NCBI GenBank assembly: GCA_964291415.2
Contig: OZ219920.1
Coordinates: 1,248,001-1,312,000 of the forward strand
Length of the DNA stretch: 64,000 nt
Reading direction: 5' to 3'
From: Alphaproteobacteria bacterium
GTDB lineage: Bacteria > Pseudomonadota > Alphaproteobacteria > SP197
The translations under genes were made by a program, and so were the position numbers. Shown piece by piece: positions 10,109-19,793 of this stretch (position 1 is the first letter of the stretch; each line of letters opens with the position of its first letter). The notes under the pieces were generated by a model that saw only the letters and a list, made by a program, of their open reading frames with translations, had not been told where the DNA came from and ran no database searches.

Positions 10109-10981
10109 ATGACTGTCGCCGCCGAATTGCCGGTCATCAAGCATCCGGTCGCACTCCCGGGGTTTGAGGTCACGGAATCGACGGTTTCCGAGGAAGCCAT
10201 CCAGGCCTATGAGCGGGATGGCGTCGTCTGGCTCCGGAGTGTCTATTCCCGGGACTGGGTGGACCTCCTGGCCGAAGGCATGGAAGTCTCGGTCGCGAAT
10301 GCGGGCGACAACACAGATGCGTTCAACATCGCTGCGCCGGGCGAACCCGGCTTCTTCTACTACGACACATTCATGTGGCGGCGCATCGAGCAGTTCCGGA
10401 GATTCTGCCTGGAGTCGCACGCACCTGACATCGCCATGCAGGTCATGCGTTCGAAGACACTGATCTTCTACTTCGACTTCATGCTGTTGAAGGAGCCGGG
10501 CACCAGCCGCAAGACACCCTGGCACTATGACGAGGCCTACTGGCCGGTCGCCGGCGAACAGATATGCAATCAGTGGATCGCGATCGACCGGATTCCGGTC
10601 GAGACGGCGTTGCGGTTCGTTCGCGGCTCTCACTTGATGCGCGACCAACGCTATCGCTCGGTTCACTTCGATCCTGACGACGCCTATGCCCGACCCGAAG
10701 ACCTGCCCGCGCCGCCCGACTGGGACTGCATCGAAGGTGATCACGAGATTGTTTACGCCCCCATGGATCCCGGAGACTGCCTCGTCTTTCACAGCAGGAC
10801 CCATCACAGCGCGCCCGGCAACCTCGCCACGGCGAACCGTCGCCGTGCGCTGGCAACCCACTGGATCGGCGACGACATCACCTACAACGACAAGCCCATC
10901 GAAACCGACCCGCCTCAGCGAGGAGAGGGCCTTGTTCATGGCGGCTCAATGGAGTGTGCGCTCTTTCCGCGGGTGCGGTGA
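10109..10981 (+). CDS. Phytanoyl-CoA dioxygenase (PhyH) family Fe(II)/2-oxoglutarate dioxygenase
   Basis: KEPG...TPWHYD (HxD), WIAID, LRFVRGSH, PGDCLVFH...HSAPGN...RRA. Confidence 0.9.
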   Translation: MTVAAELPVIKHPVALPGFEVTESTVSEEAIQAYERDGVVWLRSVYSRDWVDLLAEGMEVSVANAGDNTDAFNIAAPGEPGFFYYDTFMWRRIEQFRRFCLESHAPDIAMQVMRSKTLIFYFDFMLLKEPGTSRKTPWHYDEAYWPVAGEQICNQWIAIDRIPVETALRFVRGSHLMRDQRYRSVHFDPDDAYARPEDLPAPPDWDCIEGDHEIVYAPMDPGDCLVFHSRTHHSAPGNLATANRRRALATHWIGDDITYNDKPIETDPPQRGEGLVHGGSMECALFPRVR

Positions 10982-11183
10982 CATCTCCACTTGACGAGAA
11001 CAGAGAGACGCCAGCCCGCGACGGAGTAGACCGAGAGAGACGACATACTGCACACCGCGCACGGCAATGGCGCGGTCTTCAGGGACGTGTTTCCCGGATA
11101 CAGGATGGGTCAGGTAACGCACGTGATTCGGGTCGAGACCTGTCGGAATTCGCCGGGAGCCGGAAGTCCGGATCCCGGAATCG

Positions 11184-11217
11184 GGCGGCCCCTTCCCGAG
11201 ATCAGGAAGGGGCCGCC
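11184..11217. terminator. Perfect 13-bp hairpin between convergent phyH and aorB (probable terminator)
   Basis: GGCGGCCCCTTCC-cgagatca-GGAAGGGGCCGCC; no clear U-tract. Confidence 0.6.
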
Positions 11218-11240
11218 TGGTTCAGCCGATTGTCGGCAGT

Positions 11241-13088
11241 CTACAACCCGAGGCGCGCAATGGTCTCGTTGCTCGGGACACCGTCCGGCGTCCAGCCGCG
11301 AACCTCATAGTACTCGGGCAGCATGGTCTCAAGGCCATTGACCTTCCCTTCGGCGGGACCGGTCTTCGCCGCATCCTTGAGGAGGCGTGGCGGCAGATTG
11401 TCATCGGCACCAGTGAAGCCGGCGGCAATGTTGAACTGCCGCTCGAGGTTCCAGATCCTCTCACCTGTCTCGAGAAGACGTTCTGCAGTCCACTCTCCCT
11501 CACAGGCCGCATCCACCTGTGGCGCGAAGTCCTCGAGGGTCCATGCGAATGTCGTAAAGACACACATGCCGGTCGAGTCGACCGCCGCCGTGGCGTCCTG
11601 GAAGGCCCGCACCAGACCGGCCTTGCCATCCGGCACCAGCGGATCGGTCTTCTCGGGGATGCCGAGAATCTCCGATGCCACCGTGTAGCTCCTGAGATGA
11701 CAGGCGCCGCGGTTGGAGGTGGCATAGGTCAGTCCCATGCCCTGGATGCCGCGGCTGTCATAGGCCGGGAACTCCTGGCCCTTGACCGACATCGAGAGTT
11801 CGGGCCGGCCGTGCTTCTCGCACAGCAGCTTCGAACCCAGGCCGATCTCGGCACCGAAGCCCTCGCCCTTGCCGGTCAGTTCCGCAACCTTGCACAGCGC
11901 CTCGGCATTGCCGAAGTTGAGTTCGATACCGCCGGTGTCATCGGTGCTGATCACACCTTCCTCGAACAGTTCCATGGCCGAACCGACGGTGGCGCCGAAC
12001 GAAATCGGATCGAGCCCCTGCTCGTTGCAGATGAAGTTGGCGAACGTGAGCGCCTCCAGATCGTCTACGCCGGTGGCCGCGCCCAACGCCCAGGCCGCCT
12101 CGTACTCGAGACCACCCGAGATGATCTGGTATTCGGGCCGCTCGGCAACCGAGAAGTGAGTCCGGTCGATCTCGGAGACCCGGCCACAGGCAATGGTGCA
12201 GCCGAAGCAGGCCGCATTGGTGACAAGGTTCTTCTTGCCGTCCGTCTCCCGTACCTCGGCCATGGCCTCCGCGGAGATGTTGTTGGCGCCCTCGAACTGG
12301 ACATCACGGTGATTACGCGTCGGCAGTGCGCCAGTCTCGTTGATGACGTTCATGAGAACCTGCGTTCCCATGGCGGGCAGCCCCTGGCCGGTGACCGGAT
12401 TGTCGGCAAGGACCTTCTTGGCCGCCGCGGTCGCGTCCATGAAGCGGCGGGGATCCTTGACGCTGACGCCCAGCGTGCCGCGGATGGCCACCGCCTTGAG
12501 GTTCTTGGACCCCATCACCGTGCCCACGCCCGAACGACCTGCCGCCCGGTGCATGTCATTCACGACGCAGGCGTACTTGACGCCGTTTTCGCCCGAGACA
12601 CCGATCGATGCGACCCGGATCAGCGGATCGCCATGGTCGTGCTTGATGGCTTCTTCGGTATCCCAGACCGATGTCCCCCAGTGCTTCGACGCGTCGATGA
12701 GACGGACATTCCCGTCAAGCACCAGGAGGTAGACCGGTGACGGCGACCTGCCTTCGAAAATGATCATGTCCCAGCCGGCATTCTTCATCTCGTTGCCGAA
12801 GAATCCGCCTGAATTGGAACAGGCGATGGCGCCCGTCAGGGCTCCCTTGGTCACCACGGAATAGCGTCCCGCCGTCGATGCGCAGGTCCCCGTCAGGGGG
12901 CCTGTCGTCATGATGAGCTTGTTTTCCGGTGACAGGGGGTCGACCTTGGGATCGATTTCCTCGGAGAGATACTTGGTCGCGAGACCGCGCTGGCCGAGAT
13001 AGGCCTGCGCCCACTCCATGTTGAGAGGCTCACTCTCGCAGGTGCCTTCAGAAAGGTTGACCCGCAGTAATTTTCCAGCCCATGCCAT
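11241..13088 (-). CDS. aorB: Tungsten aldehyde oxidoreductase catalytic subunit (AOR family), copy 1
   Basis: GPLTG, RAAGRSGVGTVMGSKNLKA, CFGCTIACG, GLEYE, NRGACHLR, TGMCVF, DDNLPPR. Confidence 0.93.
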   Translation of the reverse strand: MAWAGKLLRVNLSEGTCESEPLNMEWAQAYLGQRGLATKYLSEEIDPKVDPLSPENKLIMTTGPLTGTCASTAGRYSVVTKGALTGAIACSNSGGFFGNEMKNAGWDMIIFEGRSPSPVYLLVLDGNVRLIDASKHWGTSVWDTEEAIKHDHGDPLIRVASIGVSGENGVKYACVVNDMHRAAGRSGVGTVMGSKNLKAVAIRGTLGVSVKDPRRFMDATAAAKKVLADNPVTGQGLPAMGTQVLMNVINETGALPTRNHRDVQFEGANNISAEAMAEVRETDGKKNLVTNAACFGCTIACGRVSEIDRTHFSVAERPEYQIISGGLEYEAAWALGAATGVDDLEALTFANFICNEQGLDPISFGATVGSAMELFEEGVISTDDTGGIELNFGNAEALCKVAELTGKGEGFGAEIGLGSKLLCEKHGRPELSMSVKGQEFPAYDSRGIQGMGLTYATSNRGACHLRSYTVASEILGIPEKTDPLVPDGKAGLVRAFQDATAAVDSTGMCVFTTFAWTLEDFAPQVDAACEGEWTAERLLETGERIWNLERQFNIAAGFTGADDNLPPRLLKDAAKTGPAEGKVNGLETMLPEYYEVRGWTPDGVPSNETIARLGL

Positions 13089-13103
13089 TGTGCGTTCCCT
13101 CCC

Positions 13104-13577
13104 CTAGGCCTGCGCTGCAGCGTCGGCCACGGCGGCCGAGGCGCGCATTCTGTCAAGACCGGTCCAGTTGGCATCGACATAGGTGATGGCTTCGGTGGGA
13201 CACGCCTTGGCGCACTCCGGATCGCCACCACACAGATCGCACTTGATCACCTTGCCGGTCGACTGGTTGTAGTTGATGGTGCCGAACGGGCACGCGATGG
13301 TGCATACCTTGCAACCGACACACAGCGCATCGCTGACCACCTTGGCGCCGGTATCCCGGTCAACCGAAATGGCGTTCGTCGGGCAGGCCTCGGCGCACCA
13401 GGCCTCGTCACACTGGGTACAGGTGTAGGGAACGAAACGTCCCTTCCCTTCGAAGTTGAAGACCTTGATCCTCGACTTGGAAGGGTTGAACACCCCTTCA
13501 TTGTCAAGCGAACAGGCCAGTTCGCACTGAAGGCAGCCTGTGCACTTGTTCGGGTCGATGGACAGAGATTTCTGCAT
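13104..13577 (-). CDS. aorA: 4x[4Fe-4S] polyferredoxin subunit of AOR
   Basis: CTGCLQCELAC, CTQC...C...CPT, CVGCKVCTIACPFG, KCDLC...C...CPT; C-terminal WTGLDRMR; GGAGG RBS. Confidence 0.9.
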   Translation of the reverse strand: MQKSLSIDPNKCTGCLQCELACSLDNEGVFNPSKSRIKVFNFEGKGRFVPYTCTQCDEAWCAEACPTNAISVDRDTGAKVVSDALCVGCKVCTIACPFGTINYNQSTGKVIKCDLCGGDPECAKACPTEAITYVDANWTGLDRMRASAAVADAAAQA

Positions 13578-13707
13578 CAATAGAGCCTCCCTAGAGCCGA
13601 CACCACAACATCGAAGAACGGTAGCGCTCCGGCCAGGAAACTGCAAACACAATCATCGACTTGCAACTCGGAACCATTCCCAACTTCAGTCATGGATTCA
13701 AACGGTG

Positions 13708-14097
13708 TCAGCTTCGACGGCGTGTTCCTCCCGGAACCAGGGGACGTGTCTCGACAGCACTGCCTGTAACAACACCATCGGGCGACTGGCCATAGGCATG
13801 GAGTACGTCGAGAAGCGCCCTCGCGGTGTCGTGATCGGGTGACATCCTGGTCGCCAGCAGCGGCGGTTTGCCACGTTGCATCGCCACCGCATTGCAGGCG
13901 TCGGGACAATGAGTCAGGCACACGATCGGGTGAATGCGCTCCCTTTCTGCCGGCGAGGCGATGGCGCAGGCAATGTCGTGGAGCCGCTTTCCCGGCAGGT
14001 CGTCACCATCCGGCATGACGTCAAGCGCCCTCCAGCGACAGGTCACGCAGATGCGCAGACTCGCCGGCCGGACACCTCTGGATCCACGTTTGCGCAT
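13708..14097 (-). CDS. DUF1636-like predicted metal-binding protein
   Basis: ICVTCR...PG..L...VCLTHCPDAC...GK...Y..SPDG Cys pattern; GGAG RBS. Confidence 0.6.
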   Translation of the reverse strand: MRKRGSRGVRPASLRICVTCRWRALDVMPDGDDLPGKRLHDIACAIASPAERERIHPIVCLTHCPDACNAVAMQRGKPPLLATRMSPDHDTARALLDVLHAYGQSPDGVVTGSAVETRPLVPGGTRRRS

Positions 14098-14134
14098 GGT
14101 GCCACTCTCCGGGTGACCCTCACCGGATGCGGTT

Positions 14135-14162
14135 TTGACACAATCCGCGGCGCTGCGATAGT
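14135..14162 (+). promoter_or_regulatory. Putative sigma-70 promoter of the M81 peptidase gene
   Basis: TTGACA-16 nt-GATAGT, 26 nt upstream of the ATG at 14189. Confidence 0.45.
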
Positions 14163-14188
14163 TGAGGCATCAAAACGGGAGATCCGCC

Positions 14189-15685
14189 ATGAACAGGCGT
14201 GCGGTCGTCGCCATGATGGAACACGAAACCAACACCTTCTCGCCGGTGCCGACACCGCTTTCCCGTTTCGGCTCGCCTGACGTTCCGACGGGCTCGGAGG
14301 TTTATCGACGCTTCAAGGGAACCGGAACAGGAATTGGCGCCTTCCTCGATGTCGCCGATGAAGCTGGCATGGAGATCGTCACGCCGATCGCCGGCAACGC
14401 CGCTCCTTCAGGTGCGGTCGAGAGTCACGCCTATCAGGTGATGTGCGATGCCATCATGGAGGCCGTCAAGGCTGGCTGCGACGTCTGTTTCCTCGACCTC
14501 CACGGTGCCATGGTCACCGAAACGACCGACGACGGTGAAGGTGGTCTTCTGAAACGAATCCGTGATGTCGCGCCGGACCTTCCCATCGCCATCAGCCTCG
14601 ACCTTCACGCCAATATCACGCCTGACATCGTTGAAAACACGGACGTGATTGTCGGCTACAAGACCTACCCGCATCTCGACATGTACGAGGCCGGCTATCA
14701 TGCCGGACGCATCATGGTGGATGCCCTCGACAGGAAGGTGACACCGGTGATGGCATGGGGACAGCGCCCCATTCTCGCGCAGACCCTGCGCATGGGCCAT
14801 GACGACGAACCCATGGGGTCGATGATCGCCATGGCCCGCCAGGCGGAAGAGACCGGACTGCTGGCAGTGAGCGTCTTCGGCGGCTTTCCCCTGGCAGACT
14901 TCCACAATGCGGGCCTCTCCGTCGTGACGGTGGCCGATGGCGACCGCGGCGAAGCCCAGGAGGTTGCGGAACGCCTGCTCGGTGAAGCGTGGCGCCGCCG
15001 CGACGAATGGCTCTTCGAGGGCGAGACGCTGGAGCACGCGATAGCCCGTGCCGGACAGATGGAGGAAGGTCCGGTCATTCTCCTCGATCATGCCGACAAC
15101 GCCGCTTCCGGGGGAACACAGGATACGGTCGCCGTCTTGCGGGAGGTCATGCGCCAGGGACTTGAGAATGTCGCCATGTTCGGCATCTGCGACGAAGCGG
15201 CAATCGATGCGATGACAGCGGCCGGCGTCGGCAACGAGGTCACGATCGAGCTCGGCGGCAAGGTCGACATGCCCGAGATTGGCAGAAAGGGGGAGCCGCT
15301 CACCGTGACCGGGAAGGTCCGCTCCCTCACCGACGGCGATTTCACCGTCACGGTACCGATGGGCCGGGGAACGACGATGTCCATGGGACGATCCGGCGTC
15401 CTCCAGACCGGCAACGTCGAGATCGTCGTCGTATCGCGCCAGACCGAGCCCTATGACCCGGGATGCCTGCGCAGCGTCGGGATCGAACCCCTCCACAAGC
15501 GCTACATCATCCTCAAGTCGCGCATTCACTTCCGGGCGGGGTTCAGCGACATCGCCGCTGCTGAAGTTCCCTGCAATGGCGTCGGCGTGACGAGCAGCGA
15601 CAACAGCCTCTTCACCTTCCGCAAGGTGCGCCGTCCCATCTTTCCCCTCGACCCCGACTGCCCGGAACGGCCCAACTACGCCTGA
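14189..15685 (+). CDS. M81 family metallopeptidase (MlrC-like)
   Basis: HETNTFSP, LDLHGAM, SLDLHAN, YKTYPHLD, DHADNAASGG, LKSRIHFRAGF. Confidence 0.92.
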   Translation: MNRRAVVAMMEHETNTFSPVPTPLSRFGSPDVPTGSEVYRRFKGTGTGIGAFLDVADEAGMEIVTPIAGNAAPSGAVESHAYQVMCDAIMEAVKAGCDVCFLDLHGAMVTETTDDGEGGLLKRIRDVAPDLPIAISLDLHANITPDIVENTDVIVGYKTYPHLDMYEAGYHAGRIMVDALDRKVTPVMAWGQRPILAQTLRMGHDDEPMGSMIAMARQAEETGLLAVSVFGGFPLADFHNAGLSVVTVADGDRGEAQEVAERLLGEAWRRRDEWLFEGETLEHAIARAGQMEEGPVILLDHADNAASGGTQDTVAVLREVMRQGLENVAMFGICDEAAIDAMTAAGVGNEVTIELGGKVDMPEIGRKGEPLTVTGKVRSLTDGDFTVTVPMGRGTTMSMGRSGVLQTGNVEIVVVSRQTEPYDPGCLRSVGIEPLHKRYIILKSRIHFRAGFSDIAAAEVPCNGVGVTSSDNSLFTFRKVRRPIFPLDPDCPERPNYA

Positions 15686-15748
15686 CCGGCAGCGCCGGGA
15701 AAGCGACTCCCTTGGGGAAGGCGTTGACACGAGTGGACAAGATGCGCT

Positions 15749-16072
15749 TCAGGGCCGTTCGAACATCCTACCGGGAACATCCCGTGCGCCGTGAAGGACG
15801 CGCCAAACATCTACTTCCGCCTCCCTCTCGATATAGAAGATCAGATACGGAAACCTCCCGACGGTCCGGAAGCGCAGGCCGGGAATGTCCAGCTCGTGAG
15901 CGTAACGCGGCGAGCCACTCTTCGGCCGCAAGCCGATCTCGCGGAGGACATCCTCGAGCGCATCAACGAAAGTGAGTGTGACTGCCGAACCCGCTTCGGT
16001 CAGATAGTGTTCGATTGCATCATTGATGTCATTCTGCGCCCGTTCGCGAAGAACAACGGGCTTTGCACTCAC
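15749..16072 (-). CDS. parE: Type II toxin, ParE/RelE family
   Basis: A..DI..AIEHY...P.SGSPRY...FPYLIFY...VWRVLHGARD. Confidence 0.9.
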   Translation of the reverse strand: MSAKPVVLRERAQNDINDAIEHYLTEAGSAVTLTFVDALEDVLREIGLRPKSGSPRYAHELDIPGLRFRTVGRFPYLIFYIEREAEVDVWRVLHGARDVPGRMFERP

Positions 16073-16308
16073 CGTCGGCCGGATTCATGGACCCGGCCGC
16101 GAAGACTCTCAAAATAGTCTTCGTCAGCATGGACCGATGGCGGCGATACCGCTCCTTCGAGAAGCAGATCGCGCATTCGCTGGCGATCCTGGTCCGAGCG
16201 AATCAGTTCGCGAACGTACTCACTCGACGTGCTGTAGCCACGTTTAGCGACCTGATCTGCCACGAAGTCCCTGAGTGCTTGGGGCAACGATATGTTCATT
16301 GTGCTCAT
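16069..16308 (-). CDS. parD: Type II antitoxin, ParD family (ribbon-helix-helix)
   Basis: MSTMNISLP..LRDFV..QV...GYSTSSEYVRELIR; 4-nt overlap with the toxin gene. Confidence 0.92.
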   Translation of the reverse strand: MSTMNISLPQALRDFVADQVAKRGYSTSSEYVRELIRSDQDRQRMRDLLLEGAVSPPSVHADEDYFESLRGRVHESGRR

Positions 16309-16314
16309 GTCTCG

Positions 16315-16345
16315 ACACTAACGACATTGGCAAACTTTGGCAAAA
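16315..16345 (-). promoter_or_regulatory. parDE promoter (probably leaderless) with TTTGCCAA direct-repeat operator
   Basis: Minus strand reads TTGCCA-17 nt-TAGTGT-6 nt-ATG. TTTGCCAA occurs twice over the -35 and spacer. No SD. Confidence 0.6.
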
Positions 16346-16491
16346 GTCTAAACGACCAGTGTGGTCATACCTACTCAACGCGGCCCCATGATCAGGAGGA
16401 ACGGCGTGTCCGAAAGGGCTTCCCCTGCCCTCTGTTCCGGCAGCCGCTCGTGCATGGGTCGTGCCACGCCCTGGTTTCTGCCGATTGGAAG

Positions 16492-16560
16492 CGTACAACA
16501 TGACAATCAGAAGTCATTGCACTGACAGTTAGAAGTCAGTGGAGTGACAATTGGGAATCG
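16492..16560 (+). repeat. Three 22-bp-period imperfect repeats; solo degenerate transposon-end-like array
   Basis: CGTACAACA followed by TGACAATCAGAAGTCATTGCAC / TGACAGTTAGAAGTCAGTGGAG / TGACAATTGGGAATCG. Confidence 0.65.
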
Positions 16561-16860
16561 AGGCGCCTGTCACACCTCAATCTGCGGTCTCTCAACGTCC
16601 ACGCGCAACCATCCCTTCTGGATGTGGCCTCCTTCCGGTAAGGCAGGCGGGTCCGGTTTCGGGTCCCGACTCCGTGAACCGTGCTCTTTCACGGATATTC
16701 AATGCATCAGGTGCGAGTTCAAGGGTGTCGGCACTCGGGGAATGCGGAAGAGGGCTCGCCGTATCGCTCGGCGCCGTGGAAATCCGGTCTCCGGATCCGA
16801 CGCGGAACCCGCCCGGAATCGCTCCGGCGGTTGCAGGTGGTGGTCGACGCCGCATCGGCG

Positions 16861-16892
16861 CCTCAGTCCACGGAATCGCCGCGTGGCTGAGG
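16861..16892 (-). terminator. Hairpin downstream of the molybdoenzyme operon
   Basis: CCTCAG-t-CCACG...CGTGG-CTGAGG, 30 nt after the stop codon. Confidence 0.4.
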
Positions 16893-16922
16893 GGGGTCGC
16901 TTCGACTTGCGGGAACCGTGCC

Positions 16923-19288
16923 TCAGTGCAGGGCGTCGAGTGCGGTGACGACGTTTTCGGGTGTCATGGGCATGTCGACCCAGGTGCCGATGGCATTGTA
17001 GACGGCCTGGGCGATGGCCGGTCCGGATGCTGCCGCCGGTGCCTCCCCGGCGCTGCGAGCGCCGAAGGGGCCCACCGGGTCGTAGGACTCGCCGTATATC
17101 ACCTCGCCGCGCAGCGGGAAGTCAGCTGCCCGCAGGAGCTTGTAGTCGAGAAGGTTGGCATTGAGGATGCGGCCATCGTCGTCAAAGGACAGCGCCTCAT
17201 AGATGGCAAATCCGGCGCCGCAGATGGCGCCGCCGATCATCTGGTTCTTCATCACCTGGGGATTCATGATCGTGCCGCTGTCCTGGGTCGCCAGAAAGTC
17301 CAGCAACCTGATCTCGCCGGTCTCGATATCAACCTCGACATCCGCAAAGTGCGCCGCGAAGTGTCTGGCGAATGTGCTGGCCGGTGGCATGGGGCCCTGT
17401 GGCCTGCCGGTAATCGACGATGCCTGACCCAGCGCGTCGGTGCCACGGAAGTGATTGAGTGCCTCCTCAACCGTAATGCGGATGTTCCGCTTGTTTGGGT
17501 CCTTGGAGTAGATGACACCGTCGGCCACATCGAGCTCCTGGCGGGGTGAGTCGAAGAACTCCCTGCCGGCAATGTCCAGCAACTGGCGTTTGGCGTCATT
17601 GGCTGCGGCGCGTGTCGCCCAACCGACGCGGTACATGGTGTTGCTGGCCAGAGACCCGTGACTCCAGGGGCAGGAATCGGTATCGCCTGTCTCGATCTCC
17701 ACCTTGTCAAATGGAATGCCGAGTTCCTCCGCCGCCACCTGGGCCTGGGTTGTCTCGCTTCCCTGACCCTGCCGGCCGACAGCGCAGTGGACCTTGGCGC
17801 TTCCGTCCGGATTGATACGCACGACGGCCGAGACATTGCCCTCGAATTCGACACCGCAGACATGGGCCCCCGTGCCGACACCAACGGCCCTGCGTCGGGG
17901 CCCGTCCACGGCATAGGGCACTCCCCAGCCCTTCCACTTCGACGACCAGTCGAAGGCCTCGGCGCCCTTGCGCAGGATTTCGTCGGTGGAACCGCTCGAC
18001 AGATGAAAGAGCTTTGGCCATTCCTGACGTTGCTCCTCGGGAATGCCCTCGAGATACTGCTCGAGCGATCCCTTCATGTACTGCCGGCTGTGCTGCATGC
18101 GCAGGCGTTCGCCAGGCTTGATCTGATTCTTCAGACGGAACTCCACCGGGTCCATGCCGAGACGAATGGCACACATATCGGCCACCCTTTCCACGACCGA
18201 GCCCAGGGTGACATCGCCGACCGCACGCATGCAGCCTGCGGTCAGCAGATTCGTGTTGACGCCGTGAATGGCATAGTGCCCGTGTTCCGCGCGACCCCAG
18301 TTGTCGACACAAAAGAAGCCGACGTCATCCTTGAAGCCATAACCGCCGTTGTCGATGATGTGGTCGAACTCCGCCAGGGTCAGGGTGCCATCGTTGCGGC
18401 ATCCCATGCGGCCCCTGGAAACCTCTATGTGCCGGCGCTTCACCGTCGCCATGCACTCCTCGTTGGACAGCTCGATCTTGACAGGCTTGCGTACCTTGCG
18501 GGCAAGCAGAGCCGTGATGAGCATGAAGTTGGCGCTCCACCAGTTGCCAAAGGAACTACCTGACGGCAATGCGATGACACGGACCCGGCTGAGCGGAATT
18601 CCGAAGGCCTCGTGGATGCCGTCACGCAATTCCGAAGGTGTCTGGGACGAGGTCCACAGGGTCACGCGATCACCGTTCCATTCGGCGATACAGGCATTGC
18701 GGCCCAGCGGAGCCATTTGCTGACTGGCAAAGCGGATCTCGGTCTCGACGATGAAGTCCGCCTCGTCGGCTCCCTTCGCGACGTCGCCCCACTCGACGAC
18801 ATAAGGGTCACGAAGGTTGCCCTCCTCGCGTATCTGCGGGCCTCGGGCTGCATCGCCTCTTCCGGATCGAAGACCGCATCAAGAATCTCGTACTCGACAT
18901 CAATGAGCTCAAGCGCCGCTTCGGCAACGTCCTCGCTAACGGCAGCCACCGCCGCCATGTCGTCACCGTGAAAGCGGGCAATGCCGTCAAGAATCTTGCC
19001 GCGATAGTTGAACCAGGCGTTCTCCCAGACATTCTGGGGCGTGTCGTGATGGGTGACGACGCCGAGCACGCCGGGGAGTGCCTCGGCCCTTGTGGTGTCG
19101 ATGGAGACGATGCGCGCATGCGCATGGGGACTGCGCAGGATCTTGCCGTGCACCATGCCCTGGACTTCAAGATCGACAGCGTACTTCAGTGCGCCCGTGA
19201 CCTTTTCCCGGGCGTCCTTCACGGGAATGCCCTTGCCGGCGATCCTCCAGGCAGACCGGTGTCCCATTGATTCTGTCGTTGCTGCCAT
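16923..19288 (-). pseudogene. Xanthine dehydrogenase/CoxL-family molybdopterin large subunit, split by a 1-nt frameshift at ~18838 (pseudogene or assembly error)
   Basis: N-terminal part KVTG..KYAVD, LRSPHAHARI. Adding one base to the GGG at 18838-18840 gives EAPQIREEGNLRDPYVVEWGDV...QQMAPLGR, continuous with the 597-aa ORF (GQGSETT, MDPVEFRLKN, GARSAGE). Confidence 0.88.
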
Positions 19289-19304
19289 CGTCCCTCTCCC
19301 CTCG

Positions 19305-19793
19305 TCAACCGGTGTCCGAACCCGGGTCCCCTTCCCTCAGTCGTGCCGCCGCATTCATGACGGACTTCACGATGTAGGGATAAGCCCCGCAGCGGCATAT
19401 GTTTCCGCTCATGGCCATGGCGGCCTCTTCCTCTGTTGGATCGGGATTCTCATCAAGGAAGGCCTTGGCGGCCACGATGAAGCCCGGTGTACAGAATGCA
19501 CACTGGAACCCCTGTTCCTCGATGAAGGCCTCCTGAATCGGATGGAGGTTGTCCTCGTTGCCAAGCCCCTCGATGGTCACAATCTCGCGTCCCTCGGCCT
19601 GCATGGCGAGGACAAGGCAGGATGTGACAGGTTCGCCATCCATGATCACCGTGCAGGATCCGCATTCCCCCTCGCTACACGACACACGCACTCCGTGAAG
19701 TCCAAGAGCGCGTCTCAGAAGATCGCAAAGGCGCTCGTGCGGTTTCGCATCAAGGTCGAATGTCCGGCCATTGACGGTCATGCGAATCATCAT
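19305..19793 (-). CDS. Xanthine dehydrogenase-family 2x[2Fe-2S] subunit (CoxS-like)
   Basis: CSEGECGSCTV, SCL, TIEGL, FQCAFCTPG, GNICRC. Confidence 0.93.
   Translation of the reverse strand: MMIRMTVNGRTFDLDAKPHERLCDLLRRALGLHGVRVSCSEGECGSCTVIMDGEPVTSCLVLAMQAEGREIVTIEGLGNEDNLHPIQEAFIEEQGFQCAFCTPGFIVAAKAFLDENPDPTEEEAAMAMSGNICRCGAYPYIVKSVMNAAARLREGDPGSDTG

Noticed and set aside
13661-13676. Sigma-54-like TGG...TTGC upstream of aorA
   Set aside because: GG-to-GC spacing is 9 nt rather than the required 10.
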